From the sequence record OR427838.1: a stretch of 64,000 nucleotides of DNA. One strand, 5' to 3'. The translations under genes were made by a program, and so were the position numbers. The notes beneath the pieces were generated by a model. The model was not told the origin of the DNA. It did no database searches and was given only the letters and a program-made list of their open reading frames with translations. This document shows, piece after piece, positions 40,190 through 52,679 of this stretch (its first letter is position 1; each line of letters opens with the position of its first letter). Source of the DNA: Escherichia phage fDHCT2.

Positions 40190-41186
40190 TTCAACAGTAA
40201 TATATCGTTCTATTGTTACTTCTAAATTTAGAACGGAAAAGATGTACAACTTTTACAGAACAATCGGTGATGGTGAAGACCAGAACACGATGTATGTATC
40301 TTTCGGGAGAGCCCAACCATGGGCTCCTAACGAAAACGACCCAGGCTTTGCTCCACCTTATCCTGTAGATGATTCTGAGGGCGTAGAAGACGTCTGGACA
40401 AACATGATGGGTTGTGTTAAGGTTTATAAGAGTATGCTGGATTGTGTTGTTCCTCGCAAAGACTGGGGCGATACCTCTTATCCTAACCCTTTCACTTTCC
40501 AAATCGGTGAAATTGTAGTGGCGAATAGTCAACCTCAAAACCGTACTGATGTTGGTGCAGGTTGGATGGTTTATCGTTGTGTAGACGTGCCTGAATCAGG
40601 AGCATGTTCTATTTTGTCCCTTGATAATAAAACCGAGTGTATTAAACTTGGCGGTAAATGGACTGCTAATGTTCCTTCAGTTAAAGCTCCAGCAGGACAA
40701 GGCGATACGGAAGGTATGGTAGACACTGGTGATGGTTACCTTTGGGAATACCTTTATGAGATTCCACCTGATGTAAGTATCAACCGTTGTACTAATGAAT
40801 ATATTGTAGTTCCATGGCCAGAAGAAATTGCTGAAGACCCTGAACGTTGGGGATACGAAAACAACTTAACTTGGCAGCAAGACGATTATGGTTTAATTTA
40901 TCGTATTAAAGGCAATACTATTCGTTTTAAAGCATTCTTAGATTCGGTTTACTTCCCTGAATTTAGTCTGCCTGGTAACAAAGGGTTTAGACAGCTTTCG
41001 ATAATTTCTAACCCGTTAGAAGCTAAAGCTCACCCATCCGATCCGATCATTAAAGCCGAAAAAGAGTACTACGATGTTATAGACCTCTCCCACCATTCAG
41101 GTGAAATGATTTATATGGAAAACCGTCCTCCGGTTATTCGTTCCATGGACCAAACAGAAGAAATTAACATTATCTTCGAATTCTAA
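40182..41186 (+). CDS. 8: gp8 baseplate wedge protein
   Basis: 334 aa; close match to recalled T4 gp8 (VIYRSIVTSKFRTEKM...MIYMENRPP). Confidence 0.9.
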   Translation: MINSTVIYRSIVTSKFRTEKMYNFYRTIGDGEDQNTMYVSFGRAQPWAPNENDPGFAPPYPVDDSEGVEDVWTNMMGCVKVYKSMLDCVVPRKDWGDTSYPNPFTFQIGEIVVANSQPQNRTDVGAGWMVYRCVDVPESGACSILSLDNKTECIKLGGKWTANVPSVKAPAGQGDTEGMVDTGDGYLWEYLYEIPPDVSINRCTNEYIVVPWPEEIAEDPERWGYENNLTWQQDDYGLIYRIKGNTIRFKAFLDSVYFPEFSLPGNKGFRQLSIISNPLEAKAHPSDPIIKAEKEYYDVIDLSHHSGEMIYMENRPPVIRSMDQTEEINIIFEF

Positions 41187-41189
41187 TAA

Positions 41190-41207
41190 GGGCCGCAAGG
41201 CCCTTTC
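41190..41207 (+). terminator. hairpin GGGCCGCAAGGCCC after gene 8
   Basis: GNRA-loop hairpin followed by TTTC; weak U-tract. Confidence 0.45.
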
Positions 41208-41212
41208 GGGGG

Positions 41213-41220
41213 TATAAATA
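41213..41220 (+). promoter_or_regulatory. late promoter TATAAATA (gene 9)
   Basis: Octamer upstream of gp9. Confidence 0.7.
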
Positions 41221-41246
41221 CAGTATATCAATAATGAGGCATACCT

Positions 41247-42107
41247 ATGATTAAGCAAACTGGTAAGTTACTAATTGACGTCGGTGAGATTGGTAATGCT
41301 AGCACCGGCGACATTCTTTATGACGGTGGCGTTAAACTGAACACCGACTTAAACAACATCTATAATACTTTTGGTGACCAACGTAAAACAGCCCTTACGG
41401 GTGAAACCACCGGTCAAAAATTACATGCCACTGGATACTATCAAAAATTCGGCGATACCGACCAAGCGGGTTCTGTTGATTTAGGCTCTTTGGTGGATGT
41501 CGATGCTTCTACCGGTTCTATAGTTTTAACAACCGTAAAAGGAGCTGTAGGTGAAGGTATTGAAATAATTAACTCTAATGGAAGTATTTCAGCTACTAAC
41601 TATCTTGAAATCCGTATATTGGATTCGTTTTTGAACCATCCTACATCAGCCTTAAGAATAGTAACTCCTTATACTCGAGTTCTTTTATGGTGTGTAAGCG
41701 ATATAAACGGTATAGCTGTATGGGATTATTCTATTGAGAGCATGTTTGGTGACAAACGAGTACCATTAAATAGAACATATAACATTTCCAACGTACCTAG
41801 AGATATACCGGTGGTTTATTCAGGTCAATATTCTTTAGTTAAGCTTTTGGTTACGGCAGTAAATGCCAATGAAACCGTTTATAAAGCTTCTGAATATCTT
41901 TTGTTTATGGATAACCAAGCTAAAAAAATATATTCCACGGAATATGCTGTTATCCGTCGTGGACAAGCCACTGATGAAGACGAAATTTACAATCTCGATT
42001 TTAAATTTGATGCATCCAACTATATAGTGGCTACGGCATCATCTGAAACCCCTATGAGATTAGCAATTAAAGTCGTAGATACCCAAACTATTGGAGTCCC
42101 AGTATAA
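41247..42107 (+). CDS. 9: gp9 baseplate wedge / long tail fibre socket
   Basis: Match to recalled T4 gp9 (LIDTGEIGNASTGDIL...), 286 aa. Confidence 0.9.
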   Translation: MIKQTGKLLIDVGEIGNASTGDILYDGGVKLNTDLNNIYNTFGDQRKTALTGETTGQKLHATGYYQKFGDTDQAGSVDLGSLVDVDASTGSIVLTTVKGAVGEGIEIINSNGSISATNYLEIRILDSFLNHPTSALRIVTPYTRVLLWCVSDINGIAVWDYSIESMFGDKRVPLNRTYNISNVPRDIPVVYSGQYSLVKLLVTAVNANETVYKASEYLLFMDNQAKKIYSTEYAVIRRGQATDEDEIYNLDFKFDASNYIVATASSETPMRLAIKVVDTQTIGVPV

Positions 42108-43918
42108 TGAAACAAGAATTAAAAATCGGCCAGGCCGTTGATGATGGCTCCGGAGATTACCTGCGCGCAGGTGGTCTAAAAATCAATAATAACTTTAATG
42201 AGTTATACTATCAATTAGGTGACGGAGATAATCCTCACGCTGCTGGTGCCTGGAAACAATATTCTACTGCAGACGGTCCTTTACTTAATGCTGTTATGGG
42301 TCATAGCTATACATTGAATACCCAAGGTGGAAGGATTAACGTTCAACTTCCTAAAGGCACTCCATCAGAATATAACTTTGTAATTCGTTTACGTGACGTT
42401 TATTCTTCTTGGCAAGCTAACCCTGTGACTATTATACCAGCCCCAGGTGATACAATTAAAGGTTCCGCTGTACAGGTTGAAATAGCTCGTAATTTTGCCG
42501 ACCTTGAACTTGTTTACTGTGCCCCGGGACGTTGGGAATATGTTGAGAACAAGCAAGTTAACCGTATTCCAAATAACGACCTCGCTACTGTAGCAACTAA
42601 ACAGTTTATTGCTACTGAAGGTCAAACTGATTTCTTGGATATTTTCCCAGGCCTAACCTATAATATTTCAAGTCTTAGCGTTATCCAACGTGGTAACACC
42701 TTGTTCTACGGTGTGGATGATATATTTGATGAAGCTACTTCTGAGTTTGGTAGCCCAGGTACAAACCCAGGCGAATTGGTTGAATTGAACGGTAAAGATA
42801 TCCGTTTGAAATATCCTTGTGAAGCCGGCGATACGGTAATTATTAAATCGTATAACGATGGATTGGCCCAATGGCGCAGTTCTTATAATCGTCGTGATAT
42901 TACTATTTTAGATACGACCCTTACCCATGAAACCACAGTTAACGGTTCTAAAGTAGTATTAGACCTTTCTACCGTACAGACTATTACATCAGCAGAATTA
43001 AATGTTTCTCCTACAAGCCCTATTAACCCTAATGCTTGTCAGGTAATGCTTAATAGTACTTTATTGCACCAAGCTGGTACTGCCGGATTCCCTGCTTTCT
43101 ATTGTGAAGGTGTTGATACGGATGATGCAGGCCTTTGTGCAGATTCAGGTGGGGTATGGACCCAATCTAAATCCGATTATATTTTGAATATTGCAGATGA
43201 CGATAAAATCGAGTCATTTGAATTTGGACGTAAACTGGAACATGGTGATATCCTTACTGTAATTTGGTATAACAATGATATTGGTACCACTATGACTATT
43301 GATGAGATTTTAGATACCACAAATGATATCTATATTTCTCAAGGTCCTTCAGTATCTTTAACCGGTCGGGTTCGTATTACTGATGTGGATAATCCATTTT
43401 CTCCTAACTTTGAACCTGTAGCAGAATCTGAAGTTTCTATTAATACGGCAGCAGTGATGTTTGATTTGTTCCACCCTATTGGAACGATTTATGAGAACAC
43501 CGTGAACCCTAATAACCCTGCAACTTATATGGGTATGGGTAGCTGGAAAAGACTGTCTGATAGTTTCCTTGTAGGTTGGTCTCCGGACGCCGATTCATTG
43601 TTCAATGCGAACAATAACGATTTAGATTCTGGCGGTGCTCCTAAATCTACTGCAGGTGGTACGGGTGGTTCTCATAATATTTCCATTAAATATGAAAACG
43701 TTCCTGAACTTAATACAGATGACAAGGTATTAGTTGCCGATGATAACGGCCCTATTGTTATTGGCGGATGTTTGGTAGACCCGGATGCCCAAGGCCCGGC
43801 TTATACAAAATATCGTGAAGATAAAGCTACGATAAACAAACAGCAATCTACAACGCCTATTCCTATTGGCACTTTGCCTCCATATACAACCGTTTATCGC
43901 TGGGTGAGGATTGCGTAA
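42107..43918 (+). CDS. 10: gp10 baseplate wedge protein
   Basis: 603 aa (T4 602), synteny. Confidence 0.85.
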   Translation: MKQELKIGQAVDDGSGDYLRAGGLKINNNFNELYYQLGDGDNPHAAGAWKQYSTADGPLLNAVMGHSYTLNTQGGRINVQLPKGTPSEYNFVIRLRDVYSSWQANPVTIIPAPGDTIKGSAVQVEIARNFADLELVYCAPGRWEYVENKQVNRIPNNDLATVATKQFIATEGQTDFLDIFPGLTYNISSLSVIQRGNTLFYGVDDIFDEATSEFGSPGTNPGELVELNGKDIRLKYPCEAGDTVIIKSYNDGLAQWRSSYNRRDITILDTTLTHETTVNGSKVVLDLSTVQTITSAELNVSPTSPINPNACQVMLNSTLLHQAGTAGFPAFYCEGVDTDDAGLCADSGGVWTQSKSDYILNIADDDKIESFEFGRKLEHGDILTVIWYNNDIGTTMTIDEILDTTNDIYISQGPSVSLTGRVRITDVDNPFSPNFEPVAESEVSINTAAVMFDLFHPIGTIYENTVNPNNPATYMGMGSWKRLSDSFLVGWSPDADSLFNANNNDLDSGGAPKSTAGGTGGSHNISIKYENVPELNTDDKVLVADDNGPIVIGGCLVDPDAQGPAYTKYREDKATINKQQSTTPIPIGTLPPYTTVYRWVRIA

Positions 43919-44583
43919 TGACTTTAACAGAAATGAAAAGCGGGTTAAAATCCCGCCTTGCCGACTTTTTAGAATTTTCTTTTACAACTAATCAACCTGC
44001 CGCAGTGGCAGGTCAACGCCCTATTGGTGGTCCATCGGCAAACCAAACCCAAAAAGGTGTTTATTACCCTACGGTCCAAAGTGCTATTGATGATATTGCT
44101 TTCCGTGCAGAACTTCCTGTCAATGCAGTGGTAACTACTACTGAAAACAGGGCACCTGGCTTTATTCAACAATCAGATAAATTAACTTTCTCCGGCTCCA
44201 TTTCTTCTGGTGGCGAATTAGGCGATACGGTTATTATTAAGGTATTCGGTTTGCCTGTTGAAGTTATTGTGGGTGATTCTTCGGTCCTGGTTGCTTCTAA
44301 AGTTAACGATGCTTTTATAAGCGCTATTGCCGATAGTTATATTTTGGCAGAAACGTCTATCGACCCTCTAGACCAGTCTACTTTAAACATTAAATATAAC
44401 GACTACCAAAACCATATTTTTGAGCCATTTAAACAAGCAGGATGCACCATTTCTCAGACTATAGTTCAACAGCCTCGCGCAGGTTATGGATACTGGGAAT
44501 ATTTAGGTTCTACTACAGAATCTATGACAGGTGGAACCGTAAATGGAACAACAACCTTATATCACTATAAGCGAGTAAGTTAA
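43918..44583 (+). CDS. 11: gp11 baseplate wedge / short tail fibre attachment
   Basis: 221 aa (T4 219), synteny. Confidence 0.85.
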   Translation: MTLTEMKSGLKSRLADFLEFSFTTNQPAAVAGQRPIGGPSANQTQKGVYYPTVQSAIDDIAFRAELPVNAVVTTTENRAPGFIQQSDKLTFSGSISSGGELGDTVIIKVFGLPVEVIVGDSSVLVASKVNDAFISAIADSYILAETSIDPLDQSTLNIKYNDYQNHIFEPFKQAGCTISQTIVQQPRAGYGYWEYLGSTTESMTGGTVNGTTTLYHYKRVS

Positions 44584-46115
44584 TGTCTACAAATACACTA
44601 AAACACATAAGTGATAAATCAGAATTTAAAACATTCGACCCTACCGGGTCGAATTTTGACCCCTCTATTACTAATGTCCAGGATGCATTGGCGTCTATTT
44701 CCGCTATAGGTGTTACAGGTAATATACCTTCGGCTTCTGAAACAGAACAGGGTATTATTAGATTAGCGACCCAACAAGAAGTTATTGATGGCACCGATAC
44801 TTTCTCTGCAGTAACTCCGGCCACTTTAAAAGGCCGTTTAGATATTCCTACTCAAGCAACAGAAACTTATGTAGGTATCACCCGTTATGCCACTAATGGT
44901 GAAGCCATTGCTGGAACAGAAACCCAGGCTGCAATCGTAGCATCGTCTTTGAAAGCTACTATAGATTATACATTCACCAATCGTTTAGCCACAGAGAACA
45001 CTACAGGCGTACTCAAGATTTCAACCCTGCCGGCCGCTCTAGCAGGTACAGATGATACGACGGCAATGACACCGCTGAAAACCGCCCAGGCAATTGGCGC
45101 TGCTACATCGGCATTACCGACTTATGCCAGTGCTACTCAAACTACTGAAGGTATTGTTAGAATCGCAACAAATGCTGAAGTGGCAAATGGCACATTGACT
45201 AATGGTGTGGCAATTTCTCCTTCTGGGTTAAAATCTTTAACTTCTACCCAAGGACGGGCAGGTATTATTAGATTAGCCACTCCACAAGAAGCTTCTGCTG
45301 GCAGTGATTCTAATATAGCTTTATCTCCTTCAACTCTTCTTTCTCGTACTGGTACTACCGGAAGAGTGGGCGTTGTTAAATTAACAACTACGGTCGGTTC
45401 TGGTGATGGAAGCACTGCATTGGCATATAATGCTAACGTTATTTCTACCACAGGCGGCACCATTAATGGTACTTTAAACGTTAACGGTACTTTACGTCGC
45501 AATGGGCGCGATGTTGTTACTATCGACCAATTAAAAGATTCTGTCCCTATCGGTACTATTGTTATGTGGGGTGGCCAGATTAATAATATCCCTGCAGGTT
45601 GGGCCGTTTGTGATGGCGGTAACTCTGGTGAACAAGGATTCCGAAATGTAGTTGGTAGTAAATGGGGTTCAACTGGAGCACGTCCTGACTTCCGTGGATT
45701 ATATCCTAGAGGTGCAAACCAGACTAACGACGGTGGATTAAGAGAATGGGATGCCAACGTTAGAATTAGAGATGCCAAAGGTAATGATGCCAAAGGTAAA
45801 CCTAAATTAGGCGTGGGTTGTGGTTCATATGGCCATGGTACTGTACAAGCCCAGCAGCTTCGTTTCCATAAACACGCTGGTGGTTTTGGCGAACACGACA
45901 ACGCAGGTGCATTTGGTAATACCGTTCGTTCCAACTTTGCCGGTACTCGTAAAGGGCTGGACTGGGATAACCGTTCCTACTTTACAAACGAAGGATATGA
46001 AATTGACGGTTCTGGTTCACGAGATTCAAGAACTACTCTAAACAGTGAAGGGTTGGTTGGTAACGAAAACCGTCCTTGGACTATGTCCATCCTATTCATT
46101 ATTAAAGTTGCTTAA
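44583..46115 (+). CDS. 12: gp12 short tail fibre
   Basis: 510 aa, repeat-rich N-terminal half, synteny. Confidence 0.85.
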   Translation: MSTNTLKHISDKSEFKTFDPTGSNFDPSITNVQDALASISAIGVTGNIPSASETEQGIIRLATQQEVIDGTDTFSAVTPATLKGRLDIPTQATETYVGITRYATNGEAIAGTETQAAIVASSLKATIDYTFTNRLATENTTGVLKISTLPAALAGTDDTTAMTPLKTAQAIGAATSALPTYASATQTTEGIVRIATNAEVANGTLTNGVAISPSGLKSLTSTQGRAGIIRLATPQEASAGSDSNIALSPSTLLSRTGTTGRVGVVKLTTTVGSGDGSTALAYNANVISTTGGTINGTLNVNGTLRRNGRDVVTIDQLKDSVPIGTIVMWGGQINNIPAGWAVCDGGNSGEQGFRNVVGSKWGSTGARPDFRGLYPRGANQTNDGGLREWDANVRIRDAKGNDAKGKPKLGVGCGSYGHGTVQAQQLRFHKHAGGFGEHDNAGAFGNTVRSNFAGTRKGLDWDNRSYFTNEGYEIDGSGSRDSRTTLNSEGLVGNENRPWTMSILFIIKVA

Positions 46116-46124
46116 GGAAATAAA

Positions 46125-47672
46125 ATGATTGACAAACTGAGTATTAAAGAACTTCCGTTTGTCGATGGTGTACCCGATGCATCCCAAGAGCGTATCCGTT
46201 GGATACGCAATGGAGAATGTATTGAAGGAGCCACGACTAAATACGGTCACGACGGTAATTTGAATGCCCCTGCTTTAGGAGTACAAACCAACGTAGTTAG
46301 ATTAGAAGAAAACAGTATAGCTTCTAAAGACAAAATTAACGAGCTTGTGGATAACGTTAATTTGATTAATGAAGCCCTAGATATTTCTACTGATACGGGC
46401 GTTATTCAGCAAATTGAAAAGAACCGAGTTGATATACTGGCTGTGGATGCAAAGGCTTCCGAAACTAAACAAGAATTAGGTGACTTAACCGTTAATTTTA
46501 ATTTTTTAGAAGAAGATGTAGGTTATTACGACCCGTCTTTAGATGGCCCATATCTCACCGTCAGAGAAAATATAAATCTTCTTAAATCTGAAATTGGTCA
46601 TTATGCGAACCAGGATATAAACAGCCAACCGCTTCCTCCAGGTGAAACTTCTGAAGCCACCGGCATGAAACGACGCATTATGGATAATACCAGTGCTATT
46701 GTCGACCATTCACAACGTATAGATACCCTTGAAAAGAATTACGAAGATTCCGATGTAGGGCAGCTCGGGCTTAAGATTAACGAAATTCGTGAAGAACTAG
46801 GTCCTCATATCGATACCGTAGGTAAACAACCAACGTATACCAGGATTTCTACTCTTGAAACTGCTGCTGTAAGCTTTAACGAATCAATAGATTCTATCAA
46901 AACCAGTATAGGTTTTAATAAAGGCCCTATTGATACAAGAGTAACCACGCTGGAAACTAAAACTTCCACTTTAGAAAACACTGTTAATAACGGTTTGACC
47001 CCTAGAGTTACTGCAGTGGAAACCGCTATCGGCGAGGCAGGTACCCCTACTTCTATTAATGGTAGATTAGGTGGCTTACGTACTGATGTTAATGAACTAA
47101 AAACTATAGTAGGTGCCAGTTCGTCTGAAGGGCTTCGTTTCCAGGTTTCTGATATTGACCGTAAAATTGGCGCCGATGTAAGTCCGGCTGCAGGAACAAT
47201 TAATAAACGTTTGAATGACCTTACGACTCAAGGTAATACTTCGGCCTCAACTATTCAGGATTTACAGGCTGAAATTGGTAATAACCAAACCGGTATTAAA
47301 GGTTCTATTCTTAAAATTACCAACCAAATTGAAGGAACAAACCCTAACGGTAGCACTGTAGAAGAACGAGGGTTAATAAACTCTGTTAAAGGCCTTGAAG
47401 CTCAAATGCCTACTAAATTGGGCGATGCCCCTGCTGATGGTAAATTGTACGGGCGTAAAGATGCTGCATGGGCTGAAATCCTTGGTGGCACTACAGAAAT
47501 TGATACGGTCAAAGCTTCTTTATTGGAGGCTGAAGGTAAAATCACTGCACTAGAAACTGAGTTGGCTAAACGCCCTCCTGTTGCTCCTGCGGCTGATGGA
47601 CTCCCGTATGTTCTGGTTGATAACGCATGGGTGCTATTGTCAGATTTTGTGACTTTAAACCCGGCACCATAA
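46125..47672 (+). CDS. wac: fibritin (whisker antigen control)
   Basis: 515-aa coiled-coil-repeat protein between 12 and 13; strong terminator after stop. Confidence 0.8.
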   Translation: MIDKLSIKELPFVDGVPDASQERIRWIRNGECIEGATTKYGHDGNLNAPALGVQTNVVRLEENSIASKDKINELVDNVNLINEALDISTDTGVIQQIEKNRVDILAVDAKASETKQELGDLTVNFNFLEEDVGYYDPSLDGPYLTVRENINLLKSEIGHYANQDINSQPLPPGETSEATGMKRRIMDNTSAIVDHSQRIDTLEKNYEDSDVGQLGLKINEIREELGPHIDTVGKQPTYTRISTLETAAVSFNESIDSIKTSIGFNKGPIDTRVTTLETKTSTLENTVNNGLTPRVTAVETAIGEAGTPTSINGRLGGLRTDVNELKTIVGASSSEGLRFQVSDIDRKIGADVSPAAGTINKRLNDLTTQGNTSASTIQDLQAEIGNNQTGIKGSILKITNQIEGTNPNGSTVEERGLINSVKGLEAQMPTKLGDAPADGKLYGRKDAAWAEILGGTTEIDTVKASLLEAEGKITALETELAKRPPVAPAADGLPYVLVDNAWVLLSDFVTLNPAP

Positions 47673-47677
47673 TAAAA

Positions 47678-47695
47678 GGGCTTCGGCCCTTTTTT
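47678..47695 (+). terminator. rho-independent terminator after wac (GGGCTTCGGCCC + TTTTTT)
   Basis: UUCG-loop GC hairpin plus T6. Confidence 0.8.
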
Positions 47696-47697
47696 GC

Positions 47698-47705
47698 TAT
47701 AAATA
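47698..47705 (+). promoter_or_regulatory. late promoter TATAAATA (gene 13)
   Basis: Octamer directly after wac terminator. Confidence 0.7.
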
Positions 47706-47726
47706 CGGTTATTAGAGGAATAAAAC

Positions 47727-48659
47727 ATGGCAAGCGAATCATTTAACCCTAAGCAACTCAAGGACGCTATTCTGCGCCGCCTGGGTGCACCGATTACAAA
47801 TATTGAAGTAACTACAGACCAAGTATACGATTGCATCCAGCGCGCTCTAGAGCTCTACGGTGAATACCATTATAACGGGTATAACAAAGGTTATCAGGCT
47901 TTTTATATCGGCCATGACGATGAAGAAAAATTCCGTAATGGTGTATTTGACCTTAAAGGCCGTAATATATTTGCGGTGACACAAATTTTGAGAACCAATG
48001 TAGGTTCTTTAACATCTATGGATGGGCAAGCAACTTATCCATGGTTTACTGATTTTGTATTAGGCTTAGCTGGTATTAATGGTGGGCTTGGGTCTTCATG
48101 TAACAGTTTTGGACCTAATGCCTTCGGCGCCGACCTTGGTTATTTTACCCAACTAATGCAATATCGTTCTATGATGCAGGACCTTTTGGTTCCACTACCT
48201 GATTATTGGTATAACGATGCCACTGAACAGTTGAAGGTAATGGGTAACTTTGTTAAAGGCGATTTTATTGTAATCGAAGTTTATACTCGTTCTTTTAATG
48301 GAGTCGATTCTATGGTAGGAAACACCGTAGGCTATGGTTATGCTTCGGCTTGTGGTGAAAACGAATGGAGCCCAGGTGCTATTTGGGATAACCCGGCGCG
48401 TCGTATTTCCGGTATGCGTGTAGGCGAGGACCTTGGTCTTCAAGACGGTGCATATAATAACCGTTGGGTTAAAGATTATGCCACGGCATTGGTTAAAGAA
48501 GTCAATGGCAATATTCTAGCCAAACACCAAGGCATGCAACTTGCAGGTGGAACCACCGTAGATGGTATTCGATTGATTGAAGAAGCTCGTTTAGAAAAAG
48601 AACGACTTCGCGAAGAATTGGATTTGCTCGACCCACCAACACCTATTTTAATTGGATAA
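47727..48659 (+). CDS. 13: gp13 neck protein
   Basis: 310 aa (T4 309), synteny, late promoter 47698-47705. Confidence 0.85.
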   Translation: MASESFNPKQLKDAILRRLGAPITNIEVTTDQVYDCIQRALELYGEYHYNGYNKGYQAFYIGHDDEEKFRNGVFDLKGRNIFAVTQILRTNVGSLTSMDGQATYPWFTDFVLGLAGINGGLGSSCNSFGPNAFGADLGYFTQLMQYRSMMQDLLVPLPDYWYNDATEQLKVMGNFVKGDFIVIEVYTRSFNGVDSMVGNTVGYGYASACGENEWSPGAIWDNPARRISGMRVGEDLGLQDGAYNNRWVKDYATALVKEVNGNILAKHQGMQLAGGTTVDGIRLIEEARLEKERLREELDLLDPPTPILIG

Positions 48660-48661
48660 TT

Positions 48662-49435
48662 ATGGCTACTTTCGATTCGAGTTTATTCGCTAAGCTAGAA
48701 GATAATACTGGCTATGCTAACACGAACGAAACTGAAATAATGAACCCTTTCGTCAACTTTTATCGCCATGAGAATACCCAAACCTTGGCTGATGCTTTAG
48801 TTGCTGAGTCTATTCAGATGCGTGGTATTGAGCTTTATTATATACCACGTGAATATGTTAAACCGGACCAGCTATTTGGCGAAGACCTTCAGAACAAATT
48901 TACTAAAGCCTGGAAGTTTGCAGGATATTTGGATTCCTTTGAAGGTTATTCCGGTGACAATACTTATTTCAGTAAGTTCGGTATGATGGTTAATGATGAA
49001 GTAACAATCACAATTAACCCTAACCTTTTTAAACATCAATGCAATGGCACTGAACCTGTTTCAGGCGACTTGATTTATTTCCCAATGGACAACAGCCTAT
49101 TCGAAATTAACTGGGTTCAACCTTACGACCCGTTCTATCAAGTGGGTGCTAACGTCCAGCGTCGAATCACTGCTACCAAGTTCATTTACAATGGTGAAGA
49201 ACTTCGTCCTGAATTACAGAGAAATGAAGGTATTAATATTCCTGAGTTTAGTGAGCTTGATTTAATGCCTATTAAGAATATCGACGGATTGGCTGACGTC
49301 TCCGACATTCAATATGAAGAGGTCAATGAGATTAATTCTGAAGCGACGGAATTCGTACATCCTTATGTTGTGATTAATGGACGAGGAGAGGATGCTCCTC
49401 CTACAGCATTTGATGATGCTTTTTTAGATGATTAA
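48662..49435 (+). CDS. 14: gp14 neck protein
   Basis: 257 aa (T4 256), synteny. Confidence 0.85.
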   Translation: MATFDSSLFAKLEDNTGYANTNETEIMNPFVNFYRHENTQTLADALVAESIQMRGIELYYIPREYVKPDQLFGEDLQNKFTKAWKFAGYLDSFEGYSGDNTYFSKFGMMVNDEVTITINPNLFKHQCNGTEPVSGDLIYFPMDNSLFEINWVQPYDPFYQVGANVQRRITATKFIYNGEELRPELQRNEGINIPEFSELDLMPIKNIDGLADVSDIQYEEVNEINSEATEFVHPYVVINGRGEDAPPTAFDDAFLDD

Positions 49436-49473
49436 ATAATACATGGCGCATGGTGCGCCATTTAGGAGGTTTG

Positions 49474-50336
49474 ATGTTTGGACATTGGTATAATAGTTCG
49501 CTACGTCGCTATATTGTTTTGATGGGTGATTTATTTTCCCATGTTCAAGTAGCACGTCAAAGAGAAGATACAGGACTTAAATTTATTAAGGTTCCTATTA
49601 CATATGCTTCTAAAGAAAGATTTATGGCTAACTTAGGTAAATGGACGGCAGTACAGAATATTCCAAACCCTAATATGACAGCTAAAGAACGGGCCGAACA
49701 AAAAGCTAAAGTGGAAACAGTTCTTCCGCGTATGAACCTCCAAATGGTTGATATGCTTTACAACTCACAATATAAAACGGCCCTTCAAAACAGAACACAA
49801 ATTCAATTTGAGAATGGCGACCCACGTAAGCGTGTCAGCCAATATTCTCCTACTCCGGTTAAAATGATTTTCGAACTGGGTATTTACACTAGAACCCAAG
49901 ATGATATGTTCCAAATTGTAGAACAGATTATGCCTTATTTCCAACCTCACTTCAATACAACTATCACTGAACTCTATACAAACGAAATTAAATTTGACCG
50001 TGATATCCGTATTGTGTTCCAATCTATAGCAATGGATGAACAATTAGAAGGTGATACCACTTCTAGACGTCGCTTAGAGTGGTCTATGATGTTTGAGGTT
50101 AATGGTTGGTTATATCCTCCTGTGAAGGAAATGGAAGGCGAAATTAAAACCATTTATCTTGATTTCTTTGCCAACTCAAAGGAACTCGCTCCTGAAGGTA
50201 ATTTCGAATCGGTTGATAGCGAAGTGGTTCCTAGAGGTGTAGAAGAAAAAGAATGGGATGGAAGTTCTGTTCAAACATATTCACAAGATATTCCAGTGCC
50301 TGTCGAGCCAGCGCCTCCAGCACCAAGGAGAAACCC

Positions 50337-50340
<4 letters not shown>
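49474..50340 (+). CDS. 15: gp15 tail sheath stabiliser / tail completion
   Basis: Trimmed to ATG 49474 ([13 protein letters not shown]) with AGGAGG SD; matches recalled T4 gp15 N-terminus. Confidence 0.85.
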
Positions 50341-52650
<2,310 letters not shown>

Positions 52651-52679
52651 ACAATAAAGCATAACCAAGAGGATTCAAA

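Noticed and set aside
45137-45934. 265-aa minus-strand ORF inside gene 12
   Set aside because: Antisense to the short tail fibre gene; Pro/Leu-rich low-complexity translation from the repeat region; no promoter or SD
49441-49470. Inverted repeat ATGGCGCATGGTGCGCCAT upstream of gene 15
   Set aside because: A short palindrome overlapping the gene 15 ribosome binding region; possibly a translational operator, but too short to support a call
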